NCBI GenBank assembly: GCA_964016885.1
Contig: OZ024740.1
Coordinates: 19,468,001-19,532,000, forward strand
Source: Eledone cirrhosa
Taxonomy: Eukaryota
Direction: 5' to 3'
Length of the DNA: 64,000 bases
Positions 1 through 11,129 of this stretch are shown here, piece after piece; within the stretch, counting starts at the first letter, position 1, and every line of letters starts with the position of its first letter. The notes beneath the pieces are model-generated. The model ran no database searches and was not told the DNA's origin. It worked only from the letters and a program-made list of their open reading frames with translations. Position numbers and translations under genes: made by a program.

Positions 1-2972
1 AGCTTTTCTCGAACGGGCAGAGCCCCCCGGTAACACTGCCAGGCTAGGGACCTCTGGAAGTTGTCCATGGGTCCCGGGCCGAAAGTTCTACCGAACAGGC
101 TGGCCAGTTCGTCCTCCTCCATGCCTAGCGACTCTCCAAGGGTGTCGTCGCCCCTGCTGGCCACCAACCCTCTATAGAATGTTGAGGTGGATTCTCCACT
201 GACAGTCGGGTCCGCTTGCCAGATAGCCGTGAGCGCCTGGGCACACTCAGTGTGCCAGTTGCCCAGTTTTCTCGGTCTTTGCTTCACCCAGGATTGCAGT
301 TCGGTGAGCGAGACGAGCTGTGGGAAGGCTCGCCTCACAAACGGGGCCCACACCGGCTGACCGTTGAGGAATACCTGTAGATGCCGTAGCCTCAATGCGT
401 GCCTACGCATCAACAGCCACGGCATACCCAGCCCTCCTTTCGAAGGGTGCTGGCAGCAGATGGATCTCCTCACCATGGGAGGCCGCTTCTTCCAGAGGAA
501 CTGGAAGAGCATGCGTTCCATGATGGTGAGCTTTTCCTTGGGGCAAGGCACGACGGTCAGGCGGTAGTAGATGACGGACGCTATGTAAGCGTTCGTCACC
601 TCCGCCCGACCTTTCAGTGATAGTTTGCACTTGGCCCACTTCTGGGTCAGCGCAAACACCCTGCTCGTCACCTCGCCCCAATTCTTCTCCACCTGGAGGT
701 CCGGTCCGAACCAGACCCCGAGCAGCTTCACCGGGCCCTCCGTCCACCGCCCGACGACACCGTCTAACGGCATCGGTTTGCCCCTCCACGTTCCGAGTTG
801 CAAACCGACTGACTTGTCCTGGTTCAGCTTAGCCCCCGTCAGCCTTTCGTATTCCTCCAGTAGGGTGGCGATCGCCCCGATTTCCGAGGCGTCCGCCACC
901 ATTACTGTTACGTCGTCGGCATAGGCCGAGACCGCTTTGTGCAATCCCGGTTCCAGGGGTATGCCCCGCAGCAACTCCAACTTCCGCAGCAGTGGCTCGA
1001 GAGTCAATACGTACAGAAGGGAGGAGAGGGGGCACCCCTGTCTGATGGATCGGGTGATTTGAAACGGCTCCGAGAGGTAGCCGTTTACTTTAATCCTAGA
1101 GTAGATGTTGCCACTGTGCATGGCAGAAATCCAGCCCCTGAAAACGGGTCCGAAGCCCGCCGCCGCTAGCACCGCATCCAGGTAACCATGGTCGACCCTA
1201 TCGAACGCCTTAGATTGATCCAAGTTGATCAGGGCCCCACCAAAGCCGGGTTCGTAGCCAACCCTCTCTATGATGTATCGCATGAGGTGGAGGTTGTCGT
1301 GAATGGACCTGGACGGGATAGCGCATGTCTGCGCGTCTCCCACCAAACCACCCACCACAAGCGCCAACCTCTTCGCCAACACCTTGGCCAAAATCTGTAA
1401 CTCTGCATTCAGCAGAGTTATGGGCCTAAAGTTACTTAAGTCGTCCCCCTTGCTCTCGTCCTTCCTCACTAGCGTGACCACGCCCTTGGTCACAGAACAG
1501 GGAATTCTCCCGTTCTGTTGCCAGTTGCAATAGACAGCCTCGAGGAGTTCGGAGAACAAGACCGGCATAGCTAAATAAAGTTCGTATGGTAGACCATCGA
1601 GACCCGGGGATTTGCGTCTGCTGCATTGGCTGAGCGCTTCCCCGATTTCAGTGGCTGTGATTGGCCCTTCGCAGCACTCCGCTTCGCCGCTCGAAAGACG
1701 CGGTAGACCGTCGAGGTATGGACCGAAGTCCACATCCCCGTCCGGCCCCCCGCCACCTCCGAACAGTCGAGCAAAGTGCCTTTGAAAGGTCTCGCACATT
1801 CGCTCAGGTTCAAGGATCACCCGTCCATCCTGGTCTCGCAAAGACCGAATGGTGGATTTAATCCCACTCTTGGCTTCTGTCACGCGGGCCCAGCTAACAG
1901 CTTTGGTCCCCTCGTTTCCTAAAGCACGTATTTTACTTCGGACAACGCAGCCTTCGTGCTTCGTGTCAAAGAACTGGCTCAATGCCGTTCTCGTCGCTAA
2001 CACTCTGGCTACGTCTCCGCTCCTAATCGCCTCTTCTAGTTTATCTGTTAACTCCCTTTCCCTCCTATTTCTATTCGCCGCTAGTTCCTTACTGTAACCT
2101 ATCGAACTTACTCTAATCTCTCTCTTTAGAGATATCCACCACCTACTGTTGACGATCGCTCCCGTCAACCGCATCTTAACTAAGCTACTAATCCGGTTTC
2201 TGTAATCTTTCTTTGTCGGTAAGGACAAGTTCATCTTCCAGTAACCGGGACCCTGTCTATGCGTTCTATCAAGGTTGACCACGCAGGTCACTAATTTGTG
2301 ATCTGAATAGCCAACCATGATCAGTTCTGGACAACTAAATACGTCCCTATCCTTACTCCTAACCAAAAACCTATCTAGGTACGATCTAGATTGTCCACTG
2401 CGGTTTGCCCAGGTCCAGGTTGGCGCAGTTGGACAATCTAGTCGAAATCTATCGACCAGGTCGAATCGATCGAGTAACCCCTTGAGGCTGCTACACCCCC
2501 CTCTATCGGGACATGCCCCTGCATAGTCCCAACGCGCATCTAGGATTCCATTCCAGTCCCCCACTAAAAGCAGGGAACGCGACGTTCCTAGAAAAGTCTC
2601 CAGACGTTGGAAGAAGTCGGCTCTCTCCGCCCCGAAGGGAGCATAAAGACCGACCAGTCTGAAAGCCCCGCCTTCACCACCTCCGACGTCCAGCACCAGT
2701 AATCGACCCCCCGGGTCCGAGTGAACAATCTGTACGTCGAGAGTTAGACGTTTATCCAGCAGTACGGCAACTCCCCCCCCCCCGCCTCCGGGTTGACAGA
2801 GAGATGCGTGCATCTCAAAGTCATCGAAGGCGGGCGCCAGCTGTCTCACGCTGCTGATCCGACTCTCGCAAACAACCATCACATCTATACTTTGTGACCT
2901 GAGGTCACTTAGAAGCTTTGCTTGCTTCCAAGCTGAGCTCAGGCCACGCGCGTTCAAACAGCCAACTCTCAA
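1..2972 (-). CDS. ORF2 (APE endonuclease + reverse transcriptase) of Tx1 copy 1, open to window edge, no AUG at the homologous start
   Basis: One frame carries LRVGCLNARGL (2972), VGDWN (~2555), YADD (923) and SLAWQCYRGALPVRE (50). It is absent from the ORF track, consistent with having no stop inside the window. Confidence 0.9.
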   Translation of the reverse strand, partial: MRVGCLNARGLSSAWKQAKLLSDLRSQSIDVMVVCESRISSVRQLAPAFDDFEMHASLCQPGGGGGGVAVLLDKRLTLDVQIVHSDPGGRLLVLDVGGGEGGAFRLVGLYAPFGAERADFFQRLETFLGTSRSLLLVGDWNGILDARWDYAGACPDRGGCSSLKGLLDRFDLVDRFRLDCPTAPTWTWANRSGQSRSYLDRFLVRSKDRDVFSCPELIMVGYSDHKLVTCVVNLDRTHRQGPGYWKMNLSLPTKKDYRNRISSLVKMRLTGAIVNSRWWISLKREIRVSSIGYSKELAANRNRRERELTDKLEEAIRSGDVARVLATRTALSQFFDTKHEGCVVRSKIRALGNEGTKAVSWARVTEAKSGIKSTIRSLRDQDGRVILEPERMCETFQRHFARLFGGGGGPDGDVDFGPYLDGLPRLSSGEAECCEGPITATEIGEALSQCSRRKSPGLDGLPYELYLAMPVLFSELLEAVYCNWQQNGRIPCSVTKGVVTLVRKDESKGDDLSNFRPITLLNAELQILAKVLAKRLALVVGGLVGDAQTCAIPSRSIHDNLHLMRYIIERVGYEPGFGGALINLDQSKAFDRVDHGYLDAVLAAAGFGPVFRGWISAMHSGNIYSRIKVNGYLSEPFQITRSIRQGCPLSSLLYVLTLEPLLRKLELLRGIPLEPGLHKAVSAYADDVTVMVADASEIGAIATLLEEYERLTGAKLNQDKSVGLQLGTWRGKPMPLDGVVGRWTEGPVKLLGVWFGPDLQVEKNWGEVTSRVFALTQKWAKCKLSLKGRAEVTNAYIASVIYYRLTVVPCPKEKLTIMERMLFQFLWKKRPPMVRRSICCQHPSKGGLGMPWLLMRRHALRLRHLQVFLNGQPVWAPFVRRAFPQLVSLTELQSWVKQRPRKLGNWHTECAQALTAIWQADPTVSGESTSTFYRGLVASRGDDTLGESLGMEEDELASLFGRTFGPGPMDNFQRSLAWQCYRGALPVREK

Positions 2973-2977
2973 TTGAT

Positions 2978-4813
2978 CTATTTTGGTGTTGAAAGTGAAG
3001 AAAGAAAAGCACTTACCTCTCCGGGTTGCGTAATTTCCATGGCATCAGGTGTGTTGGGTGGAGGGATGTTTTGTGGTGGTGTGGGGGTACACGTGTGTGG
3101 TGGGGTTGGGGTATTTGGAGTTGTGTCAGGGAGAGGGGCGGTTATGGGGAAATCTTTCAAGAGGACGCGATTCAACGGTTTTAAACAGGGGGGGCTCACG
3201 TCCCGTCTAAATTGTTCTTTTAAGGAACGATAAAGGTCCAGAGGGACCTTTATCATTTTTAAATGGGTGAAGTTCTCTGTTGAGATAAAGTTTGGCCCTT
3301 CGGTCTGCACCATAGGGTTATTGTTTATTAATTTAACCAGTTTTTTGTTTTCTTTATTTATATATGTGTATTGCAACGTCTTTTTTTGTGATGCTGTCAA
3401 TGTTTCGGAGAGGGGAGGCGCAGATTTATTTTTGTTTGTTGAGGGTGGGGTGTTTTTGATTGGAGTTGGTGTTTGTGTGTGGGTTATTTGTGGTGTGCTG
3501 GGTGTGTGTTTTCTTTTTTTTCTTTTAACTTGTCTGAAGGCTTCTCCTCCTTCTTCTTCAGAAGTTGGGGGAAACTCTTCAGCGCTAGGTGGGAGGGACG
3601 TGTTGTGTGGTTGTTTTTTTTTTGCGGGAGGGGTAGATTTGTTACTGTTTTTTTTATTATTTGTTTGGAATGGGTTTTGTGGTGGTGGTGGTGGTAATGT
3701 TTGTGTCGTGCTTGTGGTTGGTAATGGTGGTGGTGATGTTTGTGTTGTGGTTGGTGGTGGTGATTTTTGTGTCGTGCTTGTGTTTGGTGCTGGTGGTGGT
3801 GATGTTTGTGTTGTGTTTGTGGTTGGTGGTGTCTGTATTTTGTTTGCTGTGTGTGGTATTAGTGTATTTTTGGAGGTGGGTGGTGCTGGTGTACTGTTTG
3901 TGGTGGGTGTGGGCAATAGTCCTTTTTGGGGGATACGTTTCGGGCAGTTAGCCTTAACGTGTCCCCTTTCCATGCATAAATAGCATGCTGGTCTTCTCCC
4001 CTCTACAATTATGTCTATTGGGGTAAGGTCATCCAGCCAGATGCGATCCGGGATTTGTGCTATTCTTTCGGGCCTCATTTGGACTAGTATGTCGAGGCCC
4101 ATTCCCAGGAACGCATCTCCAGTTGCCTTCCCCATTGACAGCATAGTGTCTTCGCCCATATCAATGAAGCCAGCAATAGCCCACCAGAAGTCCATTGTGG
4201 GCAGCATTGTTTTTACTTTTACCCTCTGTGTTCTTCTACCCATGTAGGAGGGATAGAAGCTATATGTTGTCGACGAGAGTGGGCTTAGGGAAAGCTGAAC
4301 CGCCGTTTCTTTGTCTCTTGTTAGGACCGAAATGCTGCCATAGAGTCGGTCCTTTCGTATGAAGAGAATATTCTTCATATAGTCTTTTAGGACTAACTCT
4401 ATTTCCATTTGGCTGGGCTGTGCTGGCTTTCTTGACTGGTTTAGTATAGTTCTGTATATAACTGTGTTTTCTTCTCTGGCTTTCTTGAATTCTGGGGGGG
4501 AGTTAATGGAAAACATTCCGTTCTCTCCCAAAACAATATGTTTCTTTGCTTCGGCCAGTTTTTCTCTGGCGGCAGTTAGGTCAATTGGTGTGTATGTAAT
4601 GGATTGCTTTGTTTTCTGGGCGAAAGTTGCCCTGTCGTTATTTGTATTATTTTCTGTTTGTTTGTTTTCTGTTTGCTCATTTTCCTTAACATTTGTTTTT
4701 TCATTTTGTTTGTTTGTTTCAATGTCTAATTTTGTTGTAATTATTTTTTGTTCTTCAGACTTGGGGGGCGTGGCAGAGCTAATGGCAGACATGTCTGCCA
4801 TCTTTTCCGCCAT
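2978..4813 (-). CDS. ORF1 (gag-like nucleic-acid-binding protein) of Tx1 copy 1
   Basis: 620-aa ORF in the track, first ATG at 4813; CYLCMERGHVKANC zinc knuckle, Pro/Thr-rich linker, KRKKRKH basic motif; homologous to ORF1 of copy 2. Confidence 0.9.
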   Translation of the reverse strand: MAEKMADMSAISSATPPKSEEQKIITTKLDIETNKQNEKTNVKENEQTENKQTENNTNNDRATFAQKTKQSITYTPIDLTAAREKLAEAKKHIVLGENGMFSINSPPEFKKAREENTVIYRTILNQSRKPAQPSQMEIELVLKDYMKNILFIRKDRLYGSISVLTRDKETAVQLSLSPLSSTTYSFYPSYMGRRTQRVKVKTMLPTMDFWWAIAGFIDMGEDTMLSMGKATGDAFLGMGLDILVQMRPERIAQIPDRIWLDDLTPIDIIVEGRRPACYLCMERGHVKANCPKRIPQKGLLPTPTTNSTPAPPTSKNTLIPHTANKIQTPPTTNTTQTSPPPAPNTSTTQKSPPPTTTQTSPPPLPTTSTTQTLPPPPPQNPFQTNNKKNSNKSTPPAKKKQPHNTSLPPSAEEFPPTSEEEGGEAFRQVKRKKRKHTPSTPQITHTQTPTPIKNTPPSTNKNKSAPPLSETLTASQKKTLQYTYINKENKKLVKLINNNPMVQTEGPNFISTENFTHLKMIKVPLDLYRSLKEQFRRDVSPPCLKPLNRVLLKDFPITAPLPDTTPNTPTPPHTCTPTPPQNIPPPNTPDAMEITQPGEVSAFLSSLSTPK

Positions 4814-5016
4814 GCTGCCAAGAAAGAAATTTTTCGGCAAAAATAGATATTTATTTTACCCCCTAAAAAGGGGGTAAATGCAAAAATGTTTCCCTAAATA
4901 ACAGGGGTTAGTGTTCCAAATGTGTTGCACTAAAAATTTTATCCGGTACTTACAATAGTAAGGGTAAATCCCGATGGAATAGCGGAGCCGATGCGAAGCG
5001 TGTCTTACTCTATCAA

Positions 5017-5040
5017 GATAGATAGATAGATAGATAGATA
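5017..5040. repeat. (GATA)6 tract between the two LINEs (tail/target site)
   Basis: Directly read; abuts the 3' end of copy 2 and the 5' end of copy 1. Confidence 0.95.
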
Positions 5041-5304
5041 AGTTTCTTTTATTTGCCACTAGGGCATCAAAAGTGGGACAAGTACAAAGGGGGGAGTTTA
5101 CACAAAAAGGCGTCCTCAATAAGGAGGAGGCAATAACAAAATATAAAAATAAAATAAGATATAACAAAAAATAAAATTTTTAACAAAATCCTCAATAGAG
5201 AGGAGGCGCCTTGGGGGGTCGCACACACCCCCGAAAAAAGTGTGCAACCCTTCTCCTCAGGAGCACAGAGAAGGGGTGCTCCCTTGGTCTTTCATCTTCC
5301 TCAC

Positions 5305-8300
5305 CTATAGTCTGATGTAGAGTGAAGGCCCATTCACACAGGCCATTCTCGCCACTTTCACCCATCTTTCATAGAAACGGCTGGGGTGCAGCACCTCTCT
5401 CTCCATCCTGATCCTTCTTCCGAAATGATATCGGAAGAAACGGACCAGTTGTTGGCCAGAGAGAAAGGTGCCTGACCTCAGTCCTTTCAGACGCGTCCAC
5501 CATACAACCTCTTTCGCCATGGCTATTACGCACAGAAACACCGCCTCTGCTTCATCTTTGAAGGGGGGAGGCGGCTTGATCATTACAATAGACTCGGTGG
5601 TCAACCGGATCGGTCCCACCCTTGACAGCAGTTGTTCGACATAGCCCAACAGATCGGCTACGCCCGAGCAGTGTACCAATGCGTGTGCAACGGTTTCCTC
5701 GTCGCACACGCATCTGGGACAGATCTTTTTGGCGGGGTCCCTACCCGGGCGCCCGTGTCTGTAGAGCCTTTCTCGAACGGGTAAAGCCCCTCGGTAGCAC
5801 TGCCAGGCCAGGGACTTCTGGAAGTTGTCCATAGGTCCCGGGCTGAATGTCCTACCGAACAGGCTGGCCAGTTCGTCCTCCTCCATGTCTAGGGCTTCTC
5901 CGAGGGCGTCGTCGCACCTGCTGCGTACCAGCCCTCTATAGAATGTTGCGGTGGAGTCTCCACTGATAACCGGATCCGCCTGCCAGAGGGCGGTGAGCGC
6001 CTGGGCACACTCAGTGTGCCAGGCGCCCAGTTTTCTCGGTCTTTGCTTGACCCAGGATTGCAGCTCGGTGAGTGAGACGAGTCTGGGAAAGGTTCGTCTC
6101 ACAAACGAGGCCCACACCGGTTGTCCGGTGAGGAATACGTAGAGGTGCCGTAGCCTTAATGCGTGTTTACGCATCATTAACCACGGCATCCCCAGCCCTC
6201 CTTTCGAAGGGTGTTAACAGCAGATGGATCTCCTCACCATAGGAGCCCGCCTCTTCCAAAGGAATTGGAAGAGCGCGCGCTCCATCTTGGTGAGGGTTTC
6301 CCTTGGGCAGGGCACTACGGTCAGGCGGTAGTAGATGACGGACGCTATGTAGGTGTTCGCCACCTCCGCCCGACCTTTCAGGGATAGTTTGCAACTGGCC
6401 CACTTCTGGGTCAGTGCAAACACCCTGTTCGTAACCTCCGCCCAGTTTTTCTCCACCTGGAGGTCCGGTCCGAACCAGACCCCGAGCAACTTCACCGGGC
6501 CCTCCGTCCAGCGTCCGACGACGCCATCGGAGGGCATCGGTCTGCCCCTCCACGTGCCGAGTTGCAAACCGATCGACTTGTCCCGGTTCAGCTTAGCCCC
6601 TGTGAACTTTTCGTACTCCTCCAGTAAGGTGCCGACCGCCTCGATTTCGGAGGCCGTCGACACCATTACTGTCACGTCATCGGCGTAGGCCGACACCGCT
6701 TTCCGCAATCCCGGTTCCAAAGGGATGCCCTGCAACAACTCCAACTTCCGCAGTAGTGGCTCGAGAGTCAACACATACAGAAGGGAGGAGAGAGGGCACC
6801 CTTGTCGGATGGACCGCGCGATTTTGAACGGCTCCGAGAGGTAGCCGTTCACCTTGACCCTAGAGCAGATGCGTCTGCTGTGCATAGCAGTGATCCAGCC
6901 CCTGAAGACGGGTCCGAAGCCTGCCGCCGCTAGCACCGCATCCAGGTAACCATGGTCGACCCTATCGAACGCCTTAGATTGATCCAAGTTGATCAGAGCC
7001 CCACCAAAGCCGGGTTCGTTCCCAACCCTCTCTATGATGTTTCGCATGAGGTGGAGGTTGTCATGGATGGACCTGGACGGGATATCGCATGTCTGCGCAT
7101 CTCCCACCAGGTTGCCCACGACAAGCGCCAACCTCTTTGCTAGCACCTTGGCCAAAATTTGTAACTCTGTATTTAGCAGAGTTATGGGCCTGAAGTTACT
7201 TATTTCGTCCCCCTTGTTCTCGTCCTTCCTCACTAGCGTGACTACGCCCTTGGTCACAGTACAGGGAATTCTCCCGTTATGTTGCCAGTTGCAGTAGACC
7301 GCCTCGAGGAGATCGGGGAACAAGTCCGGTATAGCTAGATATAATTCGTAAGGAAGACCATCGAGACCCGGGGATTTGCGTTTGCCGCATTGGCTCAGCA
7401 CGTCCTCTATCTCAGCGGCCAAAATCGGCTCCTCGCAGGACTTCGCTTCCCTGTCCGAGAGGCGCGGCAGGTCGTCGAGGTATGGACCGAAGTCCACGTT
7501 CCCAACCGGCTCCCCGCCCCTCCCGAACAGTCGGGCAAAGTGCCTTTGAAAGGCCTCACACATCTGCTTAGGCTCAAGAATCGCCCGTCCATCCAGGTCT
7601 CGCAAAGACCGGATGGTGGATTTAGTTCCACTGTTGGCCTCTGTCACGCGGGCCCAGCTAACAGCTTTGGTCCCCTCGTTCCCTAGAGCACGTATTTTAC
7701 TTCGGACAACGCAGCCTTCGTGCTTCGCGTCGAAAAACTGGCTCAAAGCCGTTCTCGACGCTAGCACTCTGGCCACGTCGCCGCTTCTAATTGCCTCTTC
7801 TACTCTATCTATTAGCTCCCTTTCCTTCCTATTCCTATCCGCAGCTAGAACCTTACTAAATTCTATCGAGACTACTCTAATCTCTCTCTTTAGAGATACC
7901 CACCACCTGCTGTTGACGATCGCTCCAGTCAACCGTTCCTTAACTAACGTACTAATCCGATTCCTGTAGGCTCTACTTGCCGGCAAGGACAAGTTGAGCT
8001 TCCAGTAACCGGGGCCCTGTCTATGAGTTCTGTCAAGGTTGACCATGCAGGTCACTAATTTGTGGTCTGAATAGCCAACCATGCGCATTTTTGGACAACT
8101 TAAAAAGTCCTTATCCTTAATTCTAACTAAGAACCTATCTAGGTACGACCTAGATGATCCGCTACGATTTGCCCAAGTCCAGGTTGGCGCAGTCGGAAAA
8201 TCTAGTCGATATCTATCGGCCAGGTCAAATCGACCGATTAACCCTTTGAGGCTATTACACCCCGCTCTATCGGGGCAGGCCCCTACGTAGTCCCAGCGTG

Positions 8301-8742
8301 CATCTAGGATACCATTCCAGTCCCCCACTAATAGCAAGGAGCGGGACGTCCCTAGAAAAGTCTCCAGACGATGGAAGAAGTCCGGCCGCATTGACCCGAA
8401 AGGGCCGTAGGCGGCTACCAACCTAAACGCTCCGCCTTTACCACTGCCAAGGTCCAGAACCACTAGTCGACCCTCCGGGTCCAAATGTACCATCTGTGTT
8501 GCGAGACCCAGATGTTTTTGCAGCAGAACGACAACTCCACCCCCACCTCCGGGCTGACAGAGAGATGCGTGCATCTCAAAGTCATCAAAGGTGGGGGCCA
8601 GCTGTCGCACGTTGCTGATCCGGGCCTCGCAAATAACCATCACATCTATACGTTGTGACCTGAGGTCATTTAGATGCATTGCTTGCTTCCAAGTTGAGCC
8701 CAGGCCACGCGCATTTAAACAGCCTACTCTTAGCATAGCCAT
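5305..8742 (-). pseudogene. ORF2 of Tx1 copy 2 (APE-RT-zinc knuckle) with one in-frame TAA at 6214-6216
   Basis: GDWN, YLDRF, SDH (APE); QGCPLS, YADD (RT); CPRC..HALVHC at the C-terminus. ORFs 6214-8766 and 5305-6189 share a frame, and copy 1 has a Gln codon at the stop. Confidence 0.9.
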
Positions 8743-8766
8743 GTTGGTGGTGAAGAGAAAAGGCAC

Positions 8767-10565
8767 TTACCTCTCTGCGTCCCGGGTATCGGGCTGCACA
8801 ATTTCCATTAGGGTGGGGGATGGGTTGTTGGGTGGGGTGGTGGTTTGTGGAAGTGTAGGGGCATCAGTGTGTTGTGTGGTTGGGGAGCTTGGAGTTGTGT
8901 GGGTGTTTGGGGAGGGGGTGGGGTAGTTTTTTAGGAGGACGCGGTTAATGGGCCCGACGCAGGGGGGGGGGGGGCACGTCCTCTTTAAAATTGTTTTTTA
9001 AAGTTTTATAGGTGTCCTGTGGGGCCTTAATCATTTTGAGGTGGGGGAAATCCCCTGCCTGGGTGAAGTTAGGCCCTTGTGTTTTTATTAGATTGTTGTT
9101 GTACACAATGTTTAACAGTTTTTTTGTTTCTTGTGTTTATGTATGTGTATGCATGTTTTTGTTTTTGTGTGGTGTTTTTTGTTTGCTGTTGTTGTGAGCT
9201 CTTTTGTGTTGGTGTCAGTGTTATGTTTTGGGGAGGGGTTGTTTTCATTTGTGTGTCTGAGGTGTGTTTTCTTTTTTTTCTTTTGATTGTGTGGAAGTGT
9301 TCCTCCTCGTCTGACGACGAACTAGGGTCATCTTCCGCGTTGGAGGGGAGGGGTATATTTTCGGGTTGTGTTTGCGGTACGGGTGTTTTGGAAATTGTTT
9401 TTGTTTTTTGAGTGGAGGGGATGGGTTGGACATTGTTTTGTTTTGGTTTGAGCTGTGGTGGTTGTTTTTGTAGTGGTAGTTGTGGTGATTGTGTTGGTTG
9501 TGCAGTTGTTGGTGGTGTAGGCAGGATTGGGGTTTTCTTATTAAGTTGGGGACAGACAGCCCTCAGGTGACCTCTGGTTCCGCAGAGGTAACACGAGGGC
9601 CGTCTACCCTCAACGGTAATGTTGATGAAGGTTAGATCATCCAGTATGACGCGTTCAGGGATCTGGGCGATCCTTTCGGGCCTCATTTGAACTACAAGTT
9701 CGAGGCTCGTTCCACTGAACGCGTCACCCGATGCCTTTCCCATGGACACCAGCATGTCATCCTCCAGGTCCAGAAAACCTGTCAAAACCCACCATATGTC
9801 CATAATCGGCAGGATGGTGTGGATTTTTATTTTTTGTGTTCTTCTACCCATGTACGTAGGGTAGAAGGTGTATGCGGTGGATGTGATTGGTTTGATGGAC
9901 AGTTTCACTGCTGTGTCCCTGTCCTTCATCAGAATGGATAGACTCCCGTAGAGTCTATCCTTCTGAATGAAGGTGATGTCCTTCATGACGTCTTTTAAAA
10001 CCAGCTCTATCTCGCTCTGTGATGGTTGAGCTGGTTTTTTACTTTTGTTCGAGATTGTCCTAAACATGACCGTGTTTAGGAGTCTCTGGCTTTTTAGTTC
10101 CGGGGGGGAATGGATTGTGAATGAACCATTTTCTCCGTACACTATATATTTGTTCGCATCCGCCAGTAGCTCCTTCGCTTTTGTTATATCTACTGGCAGA
10201 TAGTCGAGGGTTTTCTTTGTCGTCTCGGCGAAAGATAAATTTTGTTTGTTTGTGTTGTTGTTGTCGTTGGTGGTGTTGTTGTTATCATTGTTGTTGTTGT
10301 CACCGTTATTGGTCTTGTTGTTGTTGTTATTGTTATTGTTATTGGTGTTGTTTTCGTCCGTCGCATTGTTGTTGTTGTTGCTGTTGCTGCTGGTTCTTTG
10401 GGTTGTTGCCATGGCAACGTCAAGTTGTCGGTTAACAGGTGGAGAGAATTCTTCCTCTGGCTGACCTTTCTTCTTGACCTCTGCTACTGTGACAGTGGCA
10501 GGGGGAAGCTGTAAGTTCATCTTCCCCTTTCCTCCTTCGAATTTTGGTGAAGAAGCTTCGGCCAT
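8767..10565 (-). pseudogene. ORF1 of Tx1 copy 2 with two +1 frameshifts in homopolymers (~9119-9125, 8962-8974)
   Basis: CYLCGTRGHLRAVC knuckle; homology to copy-1 ORF1 (GPNF..HLKMIK..NRVLLK..MEI) continues in shifted frames to TAA 8769-8767. The frameshifts may be sequencing errors. Confidence 0.85.
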
Positions 10566-11129
10566 TTAAAAAAATATTGACTTTTCAACAAGAAAAAACT
10601 TTTTTTTTTGTTTAACTATTTCGCCTAAAGGCGTAGAATATTTTGAGAGACTGACCAGATCAAAGTTTGACCTGGCAGTCCCTCTACAAAATGGTACAAA
10701 AATTAAAGTTATCAGACAAGAATTTCTATAGAAATTTAAACAGAACTTACTCAGCAAGTTATACGCGTGTGTCCATCCCAGAGACAGACAGATAGATAGA
10801 TAGATAGACAGGCAGCTGTAGTTCTGTGATATACAGATATAGAATGTACCCTACCTACACCCATGGGGCATTCATTCTAAATGACTGAATCATCACTTAA
10901 CGGGGCTACATATATCAACATCGCAACAACGGGAATGTTTAGGGGGAGGGGTCATATCTTCTACTTTTGTAGTTGTTATTGTTGTTGTGGGTAATAATGA
11001 TGATGATGATGATGATGATGATCTCAGGAATGTTTCTGAAACGAAAGGGGTCTTCGGCGGTGCAGGGAGGGGGGCGTCGTCATATGTTCTACTGTTTTAG
11101 TTGTGGTTATTGTTGTTGTGGATAATAAA

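Larger units (their letters stand above)
1..5016 (-). mobile_element. Tx1/L1-clade non-LTR retrotransposon copy 1 (3' part beyond window start)
   Basis: ORF1 with CCHC knuckle plus APE-RT ORF2; 5' end abuts the (GATA)6 tract at 5017-5040; ORF2 is colinear with copy 2. Confidence 0.93.
5041..10780 (-). mobile_element. Full-length Tx1/L1-clade retrotransposon copy 2 (defective)
   Basis: 5'UTR ~10566-10780, ORF1, ORF2, 3'UTR with AATAAA near 5048-5053; flanked by GATA/GACA tracts (5017-5040, 10783-10810). Confidence 0.94.

Noticed and set aside
364-10514. Many short plus-strand and alternative-frame ORFs over the LINEs
   Set aside because: Shadow ORFs of ORF1/ORF2; they recur in both copies only because ORF2 is conserved.
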